A stretch of 64,000 nucleotides of DNA, from the NCBI GenBank assembly GCA_016787705.1, contig JAEUTP010000017.1:7511-71510 (forward strand), given 5' to 3'. Below are positions 1-9,155 of this stretch, one piece after another. Source of the DNA: Bacteroidia bacterium. Its GTDB lineage: Bacteria; Bacteroidota; Bacteroidia; B-17B0; Aurantibacillaceae. Below the pieces are notes generated by a model that saw only the letters and a list, made by a program, of their open reading frames with translations, ran no database searches and had not been told where the DNA came from. Position 1 is the stretch's first letter. Every line of letters begins with the position of its first letter. Both the position numbers and the translations under genes were made by a program.

Positions 1-197
1 CCTAAAATGATGTAAAGTGTAAGTGAGTCTAAGGCTTTATCAGAACGCTTTTCTGTTTTAAAAATGCGGTTCATAAAAAAATGACTCACAATAAAAGCAA
101 GCGCCCACATTAAGCCATACCAACGTACCGGCCAATCAATACCCGGAATGGTAAAGATCTCGGGAGCAGGATTCCAGTTTATATAATTTAAGCTCAT
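1..197 (-). CDS. lgt: Prolipoprotein diacylglyceryl transferase (Lgt), N-terminal ~65 codons; gene runs off the window start
   Basis: ORF absent from the supplied track. Minus-strand ATG at 197..195 reads MSLNYINWNPAPEIFTIPGIDWPVRWYGLMWALAFIVSHFFMNRIF... This matches the conserved Lgt N-terminus: a short loop, then W-WYGLM-W/Y followed by a hydrophobic helix. Confidence 0.6.
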   Translation of the reverse strand, partial: MSLNYINWNPAPEIFTIPGIDWPVRWYGLMWALAFIVSHFFMNRIFKTEKRSDKALDSLTLYIIL

Positions 198-300
198 AGG
201 CGGCAAAAATAAGATGAATTATTGATAATTTCTTAAAATTACAATTTACAATTGTAAATCATCGGTTTTTAGAACGTAAATCTTTGTTAATTTTGAGCCG

Positions 301-864
301 ATGATAAATGCAGCCATATTTGCGAGCGGAGAGGGAACCAACGCTGAGAATTTATTTAATTATTTTGCCAACGATCCGCGCATAAAAATTAAATTGGTTG
401 TTACAAATAAAGAGGATGCCGGAATAGTTGCGCGTGCAGAAAAGCATAAAAAAAATGTACAGATAATAAGTAAAGCAGCGCTTGAAAATTATACGGATAA
501 ATTTATTGAGTTCTTAAAAGTAGAAAAGATTGACCTTATTATTTTAGCCGGGTTTCTAATAAAAATTCCGGAAGCATTTATAAAAGCATTTCCAAACAAG
601 ATAATTAACCTGCATCCTGCATTGCTGCCAAACTATGGTGGTAAAGGCATGTATGGCATGAATGTGCATAAAGCCGTTATTGCCAATAAAGATAAAGAAA
701 GCGGTATTACTATTCATTTTGTAAATGAAGAATACGATAAAGGTGAGATAATTTTACAGGCTAAATGTATTATTGATGAAAATGATACGCCGGAAATGCT
801 TGCAAAAAAGATACAGGCTTTAGAATTTGAGTATTTGCCTAAAGCGGTGGAGAAATTTTTTTGA
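301..864 (+). CDS. purN: Phosphoribosylglycinamide formyltransferase (GAR transformylase)
   Basis: 187 aa. N-terminal ASGEGTNAENL (SGxGTN-type motif), INLHPALLPNYGG and HFVNEEYDKGEII formyl-transferase core. Size is typical of PurN. Confidence 0.9.
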   Translation: MINAAIFASGEGTNAENLFNYFANDPRIKIKLVVTNKEDAGIVARAEKHKKNVQIISKAALENYTDKFIEFLKVEKIDLIILAGFLIKIPEAFIKAFPNKIINLHPALLPNYGGKGMYGMNVHKAVIANKDKESGITIHFVNEEYDKGEIILQAKCIIDENDTPEMLAKKIQALEFEYLPKAVEKFF

Positions 865-882
865 TGCTATAAGTTGAAGACT

Positions 883-907
883 GTCATTCCGGTCTTGAGC
901 CGGAATC
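883..907. repeat. Short GTCAT-type hairpin element (gtcattccggtcttgagccggaatc)
   Basis: 7-bp stem attccgg (886..892) / ccggaat (900..906) with a 7-nt loop, 19 nt after the purN stop. It shares the GTCAT prefix with the palindrome at 24603. Confidence 0.6.
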
Positions 908-953
908 TCAATTCTATTTAGACTGTTCCATTTTGAAAATTATTTAGTGCTTA

Positions 954-978
954 TATTCTGAATCAAGTTCAGAGTGAG
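954..978. repeat. Short hairpin element (tattctgaatcaagttcagagtgag)
   Basis: 6-bp stem tctgaa (957..962) / ttcaga (968..973) with a 5-nt loop. Lies between convergent purN and the cupredoxin-like gene. Confidence 0.5.
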
Positions 979-995
979 AGTTCAATTTCGAGTAA

Positions 996-1334
996 TCACT
1001 TCACCGTTATCGAAATCTGTTCCTGTAAATTATCAGGATGATAACTACAGTAAATGCCGTAAGTGGCAGAATCTGTAAAAGTGCGTTCGTATTTATCGCC
1101 CGGTTTTATTTTACCACTGTTAAAAGCTTTATTAGCTTCGGTTATAGAATGATTGGCATTATCTTTATTCATAAAAACCAAAGTTGTGCCTTTTTTAATA
1201 TCAATAAAAGTAGGATTAAAACGTTTGTATAAAAGCCACACTTCATTATCGCCCTGCGGTGTAGTGTCTTTATTTTTTCTGCACGACAGAAGAAAAAGCA
1301 ATGAAAAAACAAGTATAAAAGAAATCAGTTTCAT
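996..1334 (-). CDS. Small secreted/lipoprotein cupredoxin-like protein
   Basis: 112 aa. Signal peptide with LLSC lipobox-like site. Beta-rich body with NANHS (His ligand position) and C-terminal YCSYHPDNLQ (Cys-x2-His copper-loop pattern). Confidence 0.55.
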   Translation of the reverse strand: MKLISFILVFSLLFLLSCRKNKDTTPQGDNEVWLLYKRFNPTFIDIKKGTTLVFMNKDNANHSITEANKAFNSGKIKPGDKYERTFTDSATYGIYCSYHPDNLQEQISITVK

Positions 1335-1356
1335 AATGTATTTATAAAGATAAAAA

Positions 1357-3096
1357 TTAATTGCTTTGCATTTGGTGTAATTCGAAATAACTTTTCTTTA
1401 AAGTAAGAAGTTCTTCATGCGTACCCATCTCCACAATCTCTCCATCTTTTAAATACAAAATAAGATCGGCATTCTTTAAACTTGAAATGCGGTGACTAAC
1501 AATGATGGCTGTTTTGTCTTTCATTTCCTGTTTTAAATTAGTTAAAATAGCTTCTTCTGTTTCAGTATCTACAGCGCTTAAACAATCATCAAATATCAAT
1601 AGCTGAGGTTTATTAATTAAAGCACGGGCAATAGAAATACGTTGTTTTTGGCCACCGCTTAATGTAACACCACGTTCGCCAACTACTGTTTCGTAATTTA
1701 AAGGAAAGGTCATAATATTTTCATGAACCTGCGCTTGTTTTGCCGCACCTTGTACTTTTTCCTTAGTTGTGTTTTTATCCGGACTACCAAACAAAATATT
1801 ATTGGCAATAGTATCGCTAAATAAAAAAACTTCCTGCGGCACAACACCCATATTCTTTCTTAAAAGATGTAAATTATGTTGTTTGATATTTTTATGATCA
1901 ATTAAAATTTCACCACGGGTAACATCGTATTGACGTGTAATTAAATTTAAGATGCTTGATTTACCACTGCCAACTTTACCGGTAATACCAAGGGTTTGAC
2001 CCTTTTTTAAAGTAAACGAAATGTTTTTTATAGCTTGCACATTGTTTTCAGGATAAATAAAATCTACATTTTTAAACTCAATATCCCCATGTATAAAATA
2101 GGTTTGTGTATTTGCATTGATAATAGAAGGTTTGGTATTTAAAAATTCGTTAATGCGTTCTTGCGATGCCGCCGCCCTTTGTACCAACGAGGTTACCCAG
2201 CCTAATGATGCAAATGGCCAGGTTAATCGAAATACGTAAAAAATAAATTCAGTTACGTTGCCCGGTTCAATTCTATTCTGTATAGTTAATTTACCGCCAT
2301 ACCAAACCGTTATTAAAACACTTAGTCCGATCATTAATACCATGGCAGGCCCAAAGAACGATTCGACGGTGGCTAATTTTAAGGCTGTTTTTTTATATAC
2401 CTCATTCTTTTCTTCCATTCGTTTGGTAAAAAAGGTTTCGCGGGCATAGGCTTTAATTACTCGAATAGCGCTAAACGTTTCTTGTGCCTGTGTGGTTAAA
2501 TTGCCAAGTTCTTTTTGTACCAGCCCACTTTGTTTATTGATCATATCCGACACACGGTATATAAGGTAAGAAAGTAGCGGCAATGGTAAAAAAACAATAA
2601 GCGTTAATTGTACATTCACGCTTAACATAAAACTTAAAACGGTTACTGTTGTTACAAACGTATTAGCCAGGTACATAATGGCCGGGCCGCTGTACATGCG
2701 CACTTTACCCACATCTTCACTAATGCGGTTCATAAGGTCGCCTGTTGTATTTTGCTTAAAAAAACTGGCATCTAATTGTTGATAATGCTCATAGATCTCG
2801 TTCTTTTGATCATACTCAATATGCCGGCTCATGACAATTATTGTTTGCCGCATTAAAAACATAAATAAGCCACTGGTTAATGCAAGGCCAATAATAACAA
2901 GTCCGTACTTGATAAAAACAGAAGCTTCAGCAGACTCGCCGTTCTTAAAGATCTCGATGATCTTATTGGTACCATTTCTTACAATTACACCCTGGTAAGT
3001 GCCAAAAATAGTTGATAATGAAACAAATAATAACCCACCTAAAAAGTGCCATTTGTATTTAAGAAAATATAGGTTTATTACTTTAAGATGTTTCAC
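1357..3096 (-). CDS. ABC transporter, fused permease/ATP-binding protein (MsbA/multidrug-exporter type)
   Basis: 579 aa. Six-helix N-terminal domain, Walker A GKVGSGKSS, ABC signature LSGGQKQR, Walker B LLIFDD. Apparent GTG start. Confidence 0.9.
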   Translation of the reverse strand: MKHLKVINLYFLKYKWHFLGGLLFVSLSTIFGTYQGVIVRNGTNKIIEIFKNGESAEASVFIKYGLVIIGLALTSGLFMFLMRQTIIVMSRHIEYDQKNEIYEHYQQLDASFFKQNTTGDLMNRISEDVGKVRMYSGPAIMYLANTFVTTVTVLSFMLSVNVQLTLIVFLPLPLLSYLIYRVSDMINKQSGLVQKELGNLTTQAQETFSAIRVIKAYARETFFTKRMEEKNEVYKKTALKLATVESFFGPAMVLMIGLSVLITVWYGGKLTIQNRIEPGNVTEFIFYVFRLTWPFASLGWVTSLVQRAAASQERINEFLNTKPSIINANTQTYFIHGDIEFKNVDFIYPENNVQAIKNISFTLKKGQTLGITGKVGSGKSSILNLITRQYDVTRGEILIDHKNIKQHNLHLLRKNMGVVPQEVFLFSDTIANNILFGSPDKNTTKEKVQGAAKQAQVHENIMTFPLNYETVVGERGVTLSGGQKQRISIARALINKPQLLIFDDCLSAVDTETEEAILTNLKQEMKDKTAIIVSHRISSLKNADLILYLKDGEIVEMGTHEELLTLKKSYFELHQMQSN

Positions 3097-3214
3097 GACG
3101 CAAAGGTAATTCTAAATTTAAACAAACTCTTATTGTTAATACAATTTTACCCTTTTGTTTTTGTTTGGAATCCCGAAAAATACCCTAACTTTGCCCCACT
3201 TCAACCAAAAAAAC

Positions 3215-4318
3215 ATGGAAGTTACAACCCTAAAAAACTCCGATCTTGCTAAAGATCCTGTTATTGGCCAAATGAGCCTTCACAATCATGAGCAAATTTT
3301 ATTTTGTAATGATAACGCAACCGGCTTAAAAGCCATTATCGCAATTCATAATACTGTACTTGGGCCATCATTAGGTGGAACGCGAATGTGGAATTATGCT
3401 AACGAAATGGAAGCATTACACGATGTATTGCGTTTATCACGTGGTATGACATATAAATCATCAGTTGCAGGATTAAATTTGGGTGGTGGAAAAGCTGTAA
3501 TTATTGGCGATGCTAAAAAAATTAAGAATGAAGCTTTACTGCGTCGTTTTGGAAAATTTGTAGATAGTTTAGGTGGCAAATATATTACTGCCGAAGATGT
3601 GGCTATGACCAGCCGTGATATGGAAATTATTAAAATGGAAACCGATTATGTAAGCGGCTTACCTGAAAATATGGGTGGTAGTGGCGATCCTAGCCCTGTT
3701 ACTGCTTATGGTGTTTACGTAAGTATGAAAGCAAGTGCAAAAGAAACATGGGGGAGTGATAGCTTAAGTGCAAAAAAAGTTTTAGTACAAGGTATTGGTC
3801 ACGTTGGTGAAGTGTTGGTTGATCATTTAACTAAAGAAGGAGCTAAAGTTTATATTAATGATATTAGCCAGGAACGGTTAAAAGCTGTTTCTGATAAATA
3901 CAAAGCAGAAGTTGTGGCAGCAGATAAAATGTTTGATCTGGATATTGATATTTATGCGCCTTGTGCTTTAGGAGCAACGGTGAATGATGATACTTTAAGC
4001 AAATTAAAATGTAAGATTATTTGTGGCGCAGCAAACAATCAATTAGCCGATGAAAAAGTTCACGGAGCATTGGTTGCAAAAAAAGGAATTTTATATGCTC
4101 CTGATTTTGTAGTAAACGCGGGTGGTATTATTAATGTGTTTTACGAATTAGAAGGTTACAACCGCGAGAGAGCACTTTCTCATGCTGAGAAAATTTACGA
4201 TACAACATTTAATTTATTTCAATTAGCTAAACAGGAAAATATTTTAACTTACCAGGCTGCAAATAAACTAGGTGAGCAACGTATTGAAGCTATTGCAAGA
4301 ATTAATGCAGTTCTATAA
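3215..4318 (+). CDS. Leucine (Leu/Val/Phe) dehydrogenase, Glu/Leu/Phe/Val dehydrogenase family
   Basis: Catalytic-Lys motif NLGGGKAVIIGD, Rossmann VQGIGHVG, GAANNQL. I prefer ATG 3215 (MEVTTLK) over the TTG-extended track ORF at 3155. Confidence 0.85.
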   Translation: MEVTTLKNSDLAKDPVIGQMSLHNHEQILFCNDNATGLKAIIAIHNTVLGPSLGGTRMWNYANEMEALHDVLRLSRGMTYKSSVAGLNLGGGKAVIIGDAKKIKNEALLRRFGKFVDSLGGKYITAEDVAMTSRDMEIIKMETDYVSGLPENMGGSGDPSPVTAYGVYVSMKASAKETWGSDSLSAKKVLVQGIGHVGEVLVDHLTKEGAKVYINDISQERLKAVSDKYKAEVVAADKMFDLDIDIYAPCALGATVNDDTLSKLKCKIICGAANNQLADEKVHGALVAKKGILYAPDFVVNAGGIINVFYELEGYNRERALSHAEKIYDTTFNLFQLAKQENILTYQAANKLGEQRIEAIARINAVL

Positions 4319-4385
4319 TTTAAGAAATAAGAAATTAGATTTTAGAGATAAGATCTGTCTTAAATCATAAATCTAAAATATAAAT

Positions 4386-5324
4386 ATGCTAAACAGAAGG
4401 TTCTTAAGAATAAAGGTAATGCAGGCTTTGTATTCGTATTTTCAGCACGAAAAGGCGGATATGAAACAATTTGAAAAAGAAATGTTCAAGAGCCTGGATA
4501 AGATCTTTGAATTATACCTTTCTATTTTGGGATTGGTTTCAGATATTCATCATGTTGCCCTTGTAATTATTGATGAAAATAAAAACAAACGTTTGCCTAC
4601 GCAGCACGATCTTGATCCGAATTTAAAATTTATAAATAACTCTTTATTAGTTGGTATATCTGAAAATACAGAGTTAAAAACACAACTTGAAAAGCGTAAA
4701 GTTTCATGGCAAAATGATTTTGATGTTGTGCGTAAATTATTTGTTGAGATACGTGAAGGCGAAGCCTATAAAAAATATATGTCTTCAAAAGATACATCTG
4801 CAGCAGAAGACAGGGATTTTGTTATTTCTATTATTACCCAACATTTAAGTGAGAATGAAGTGTTGATCTCTTTATTTGAAGATAAGAATATTCATTGGGC
4901 CGATGATACCTTTGTTGCCTTTAACTCTGTAATAAGAAACTTTGAAGATTTTACCGGCGAATTTAAATTGAGTCCGCTGTTAAAAGATGAAAAAGATGAC
5001 ATGGAATTTATGAGCGAGTTGTTTAAAAAAACAATTATGTATCGCCAGCAGTTTGAAGAAATGATCGGTCGCCATACGCAAAACTGGGAAGTAGAGCGTA
5101 TTGCCAATATGGATATGCTGTTAATGCAAATGGCATTGGCCGAGATCATGTACATTCCAAACGTTCCTGTTAAAGCATCGTTAAACGAATACATTGACAT
5201 CAGCAAAGAATACAGCACTCCTAACTCTAAAGTATTTGTAAATGGTGTGTTGGATAAAATTATTGCAGAGTTGAAACGCGATAATAAAATAAATAAAACG
5301 GGCAGAGGATTAAAAGAGAATTAA
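4386..5324 (+). CDS. nusB: Transcription antitermination factor NusB (long Bacteroidota form)
   Basis: N-terminal RRFLRIKVMQALY. C-terminal NusB core WEVERIANMDMLLMQMALAEIMY...NEYIDISKEYSTPNSKVFVNGVLDKI. Confidence 0.8.
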   Translation: MLNRRFLRIKVMQALYSYFQHEKADMKQFEKEMFKSLDKIFELYLSILGLVSDIHHVALVIIDENKNKRLPTQHDLDPNLKFINNSLLVGISENTELKTQLEKRKVSWQNDFDVVRKLFVEIREGEAYKKYMSSKDTSAAEDRDFVISIITQHLSENEVLISLFEDKNIHWADDTFVAFNSVIRNFEDFTGEFKLSPLLKDEKDDMEFMSELFKKTIMYRQQFEEMIGRHTQNWEVERIANMDMLLMQMALAEIMYIPNVPVKASLNEYIDISKEYSTPNSKVFVNGVLDKIIAELKRDNKINKTGRGLKEN

Positions 5325-6193
5325 TTTTTTTCTGCTTTTAAAAATCTTTCTTTTCCGCTCATATCTTTTAAGATTTTTACCTCTTTAAACGATTTGCTTT
5401 GTTGTGCATATTGCAAAACATTACCAGCTGTTAAAGGATTTAATTCAAAATACAATTTGCCATTTGCATTTAATTTTTCTTTGCACAGATCAATTATTTT
5501 TTTGTAGAAAATGATATCATCGTTTCCTTCTACAAATAATGCCAAATGCGGCTCGTTATCTAAAACCGGCTTTGTCATTAGTGTTGCCTCACTTGATTTA
5601 ATGTAAGGTGGGTTGCTTATGATAACATCAAACGTTGAAAGGATATTTTTATAAGATAGTACCGTATTTAAAATATCCGTTTCAATAAAAACAATTTCTG
5701 TGTTATTTTTTTTTGCATTTTTTTTTGCAATAGTTAATGCCTCACTGCTTATATCACAGGCATAAACTTTACTGTTTTGTTTATTTTTTTTGATTGAAAC
5801 AGGGATACAACCACTGCCGGTGCCAATATCAAAAAAAGAGGTTGCCGTTTTATTTTCCTTTAAAATAAGGTCTACTAATTCCTCTGTCTCTGGTCTTGGG
5901 ATCAGAACATTTGTATCCACATAAAATTTTAAATTATAGAACCAGGCTTCCCTTAAAATGTGTTGAACTGGAATATTCTTTTTTAATTCTTTACAGCAGA
6001 AATATAATTTTAAAAGATCACTCTGATTAAGGTTCTCGTTTTTTTTGGTAATGATGTCCGCTTTAGAAAATCCAAGATAATGTTCAAGAACCAGATTTAA
6101 AATAGCATCAATTTCTGATGCTTCGTAAATTGTATTTAATTCTGAATGATAAAAAGAAATAAGCGCAGAAATGGAATTAGAAGCGATACGCAT
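5321..6193 (-). CDS. prmC: Release factor glutamine N5-methyltransferase (PrmC/HemK)
   Basis: SAM motif DIGTGSGCI and the NPPY catalytic motif (IISNPPYI). LIPRPETE is typical of HemK. Confidence 0.85.
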   Translation of the reverse strand: MRIASNSISALISFYHSELNTIYEASEIDAILNLVLEHYLGFSKADIITKKNENLNQSDLLKLYFCCKELKKNIPVQHILREAWFYNLKFYVDTNVLIPRPETEELVDLILKENKTATSFFDIGTGSGCIPVSIKKNKQNSKVYACDISSEALTIAKKNAKKNNTEIVFIETDILNTVLSYKNILSTFDVIISNPPYIKSSEATLMTKPVLDNEPHLALFVEGNDDIIFYKKIIDLCKEKLNANGKLYFELNPLTAGNVLQYAQQSKSFKEVKILKDMSGKERFLKAEKN

Positions 6194-6194
6194 A

Positions 6195-8321
6195 TTAATT
6201 GGCTTTGATCAGTTTAAAGACTATGTTTTCGTTTGGTGTTTTTATTTTTACAAATAATAAACCATTATACTCCTTTAATTTTGGGCATGTAAGCTTATAT
6301 AAGTTGCTGTTTAAGGTATCTTCATAAAGTAATTTTCCATCAACACTATACACAAAAAGTTTACCGTTTATTTCTTTTTCAAAATTTAAAGTTACTGTTT
6401 CTGAAAATGGATTTGGATAATAACTGATCCCATTGCTTAACGTATTTTTATTTAATTGTGTAATAATGCAATTCATAGCAGCAAAACCATCCAGCTTACC
6501 ATAACCCCATAAATAATTTGGTAATGCTGTGCCGGTATAACTATCAGAATAAGCGCAGGTAGTAATTGCATTTTTAATTTGAATGCTTGTTGCGGTTGGG
6601 TATTTTTGAAGATACAATGCCGCTAAACCTGCCACTACCGGTGAAGCAGCCGAAGTGCCACCCCCCTGAACATGTATGCTGCCTTGTGCTACAACCTGCG
6701 GTGCGTTGGCTAATAAATTACTTTGCATCCCTAAAGCCATGGCACTAAATACACCCGCACCTGTTGCACTTATATCAGGTTTTTGTTGATTGGTGCGTGT
6801 TGGCCCGTGACTGCTGCTGTTGGCTAAAGTATTTACATTTTCACCAGGATTTAAAGCTGCCCAGCTTTGTAAAGTATTGGTTACATCGTAATAATTATTC
6901 ACATTCACATAATTGGCAACTGTTGTTACATCCTCTAAACATTGAAAACTTGAAACAATTGTTTTATTAAGATCAGGCATAACATATTTTAAAATGGGAG
7001 GGAAGCTTACAGAAGAAGGAAGGCCTGAAGAAATAAAATCAAAATTCCAGGCATCGTGAAATCCGACACCCTTGCTCTCAATGCGCCATTTTAAATTTAA
7101 AGTATCGGCTAAAATTTTAAGGTACAATTCATAAACACCATAAGGATTAATACTTGCGGACGTTTTGATGATGCCAATACGGTTACCGTTGTACTTTAAA
7201 GTATCACTTTGTACGGATGTTAAACCATAATTATAGTTCTTAAAACCTATTCTTCCTAAATTAAAGTTACTATTACGGTTAGCGCCAACACTTATTTGTA
7301 TATTTTTTATATCGTTGGTATCTGCATAACACCAATAATTTAAAGTGGCAGTATTATTTTTTATCCATGTAAAACTGGTATCATTTAATGGGGGTTGTGT
7401 TTTAACATGATGTTTTATATGCCCCGCATTTCCCGCAGCAGCAACAATTGCACGCCCCGGAATGTTATGCACCATATTTTCAATTAATTTAGCTTCCATA
7501 TCTGTACCATCGTGGCTGCCATCATAATTTCCAAGACTAATATTAATTACGCAGGGTTTGCCAAGTAATGTGGCTTTGCTAAAAATGTATTGTACGGCAT
7601 CGGCAATAGTTGGCCCCGGTTTATTAAAATCAATGGCAACCACAACAATATCTGCTTTTGAGGCAATACCTTCATGTGTGCCATTGGCTAAACCATTACC
7701 TGTTGCAATGCCGCAAACGTGTGTTCCGTGACCGTAATGAGGCAAATCGTTGTGTGTGCATTGATTGTTGTTAATTTGCGTGTCGGTCCATTCAATACCA
7801 TAATTATAGGGTTGTGGCACAGCTGAGCCAGATACCGGAACCTGGTCCCACAAAAATTTTATGCGCGAATTTCCAAACGTATCTTTAAAATCTGCATGTG
7901 TAAAATCTGTTCCGCTATCAATAATACCAACAACAATTCCATTACCATCATAGGCCATAGTAAGCGGTGTCTGGCCAAGCTTTACAGGTTTTATCTTGTT
8001 TTTGATAACCATTGTATCATTTAGCGTTTTTTTACCGGGTTCAATAAATTCGGCATAATAAATGATTTTGGTTTCGATAAGTTTAGATAGTACGGATAGG
8101 TTACAACTTATCGAAGAAATATTTCCGGCAGAATAATTGAATGTATAATTATGTATTTTTTGAAATGAGACTAATTTTGAAATATCTCCCTGAACTAGCA
8201 AAGTATGCTGGATAAAATGATCGCCGGCATCCAGGCGCATCTTTAATGCATTGTTTAAATTAACTTGTGAGAATAAAATGGAATTTACAAAAAATAATAG
8301 TAATAGAAATTTAAGTTTCAT
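6195..8321 (-). CDS. Secreted subtilisin-like S8 serine peptidase with T9SS type A C-terminal domain
   Basis: Triad motifs IIDSGTD (Asp), GHGTHVCG (His), GGTSAASPVVAG (Ser). Signal peptide. C-terminal YYPNPFSETVTLNF...FKLIKAN sorting-domain pattern. Confidence 0.85.
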   Translation of the reverse strand: MKLKFLLLLFFVNSILFSQVNLNNALKMRLDAGDHFIQHTLLVQGDISKLVSFQKIHNYTFNYSAGNISSISCNLSVLSKLIETKIIYYAEFIEPGKKTLNDTMVIKNKIKPVKLGQTPLTMAYDGNGIVVGIIDSGTDFTHADFKDTFGNSRIKFLWDQVPVSGSAVPQPYNYGIEWTDTQINNNQCTHNDLPHYGHGTHVCGIATGNGLANGTHEGIASKADIVVVAIDFNKPGPTIADAVQYIFSKATLLGKPCVINISLGNYDGSHDGTDMEAKLIENMVHNIPGRAIVAAAGNAGHIKHHVKTQPPLNDTSFTWIKNNTATLNYWCYADTNDIKNIQISVGANRNSNFNLGRIGFKNYNYGLTSVQSDTLKYNGNRIGIIKTSASINPYGVYELYLKILADTLNLKWRIESKGVGFHDAWNFDFISSGLPSSVSFPPILKYVMPDLNKTIVSSFQCLEDVTTVANYVNVNNYYDVTNTLQSWAALNPGENVNTLANSSSHGPTRTNQQKPDISATGAGVFSAMALGMQSNLLANAPQVVAQGSIHVQGGGTSAASPVVAGLAALYLQKYPTATSIQIKNAITTCAYSDSYTGTALPNYLWGYGKLDGFAAMNCIITQLNKNTLSNGISYYPNPFSETVTLNFEKEINGKLFVYSVDGKLLYEDTLNSNLYKLTCPKLKEYNGLLFVKIKTPNENIVFKLIKAN

Positions 8322-8370
8322 TATAAGTTATTTTGATTAAAGTTAGGCAAAAAATGCGACATTTGCTTAT

Positions 8371-9009
8371 ATGAAAATTAAGCTGGCCATATTATTTACT
8401 ATACTGTTTAACTGTTTGGTAAAAAGCCAAACGGATAGTGTTATTGTACCGGCAGATCTTAATGTGCAGGATGCGATCTTTATTACTTATGGCGATTTCA
8501 GGCACAATAAAGGCGTTTTAAAAGAGCAGATCAATTCTACGATCAACAAAGAACAATTAGATTTTATTGGAAAATGTTTAGATAAAGAAACTATTAATTA
8601 TAATGAGGGGCAAATTAACAAGGAAGTAAATTCAAAAACAGTATGGGGCTTTATTCAAAATAAAACTTTTTATGTTAATTATAAAGGTAGCTTTTATCGG
8701 GTACCTGTTTTTGGCTCGATATGTTATTTGGTTGCAACTGTAGAAGTAGTTGGGGTTGGTTTTTATGATCCTATGTTTGGTCCAGGAGTTGGCGGTAGTG
8801 GCAGGCGGCAGGAAGTACGTGAGTTTTTAATTAATATTTACGATGGTATTGTAAGTGAATTTAAAATGGATGAAGCGGAAGCGCTTTTAAATAGGGATAA
8901 AATTTTATATGCGGAATTTAAAAAATTAAGTCGTAGAAAACAGAAAGAACAAATTTTTAGGTACATACGTAAGTATAACGATGTACATCCGGTGTATTTT
9001 TTGAGGTAA
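8371..9009 (+). CDS. Hypothetical secreted protein
   Basis: 212 aa. Signal peptide MKIKLAILFTILFNCLVKSQ, no motif I recognise. Long uninterrupted ORF between two divergently arranged T9SS cargo genes. Confidence 0.5.
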   Translation: MKIKLAILFTILFNCLVKSQTDSVIVPADLNVQDAIFITYGDFRHNKGVLKEQINSTINKEQLDFIGKCLDKETINYNEGQINKEVNSKTVWGFIQNKTFYVNYKGSFYRVPVFGSICYLVATVEVVGVGFYDPMFGPGVGGSGRRQEVREFLINIYDGIVSEFKMDEAEALLNRDKILYAEFKKLSRRKQKEQIFRYIRKYNDVHPVYFLR

Positions 9010-9155
9010 TTTCTAAAAAGATTTAGATTAATGTTAATTTTTAGTCGAATATTAATAAATTCTTAAACTATTAGATTAATTTATTGTTACTTTTGCGTGA
9101 CGAGGTATTTTTATTTATACAACTTACACGTATTAATTACTAAAGAAGCAAAAAA

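Noticed and set aside
288-295. Matches to the Bacteroidetes -7 promoter consensus TAnnTTTG (TAATTTTG 288..295 before purN, TACTTTTG 9088..9095 before the giant gene, TATTTTTG 40952..40959 before the decarboxylase)
   Set aside because: They are not reported as features. None has a TTTG -33 partner at the expected spacing that I could find, and the 8-mer is expected frequently in AT-rich DNA. TSS data are needed.
3155-3214. N-terminal extensions in the ORF track that begin at TTG/GTG codons (3155, 14056, 15551, 20624, 28756, 49942)
   Set aside because: In each case an ATG further downstream coincides with the conserved family N-terminus or the start of the signal peptide (3215, 14110, 15566, 20672, 28771, 50008). 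The extensions add non-conserved residues.
4336-4373. Possible hairpin (ttagattt / aaatctaa) after the leucine dehydrogenase gene, considered as a terminator
   Set aside because: It is an AT-only 8-bp stem with a loop of about 22 nt and no T-run. That is too weak to call.
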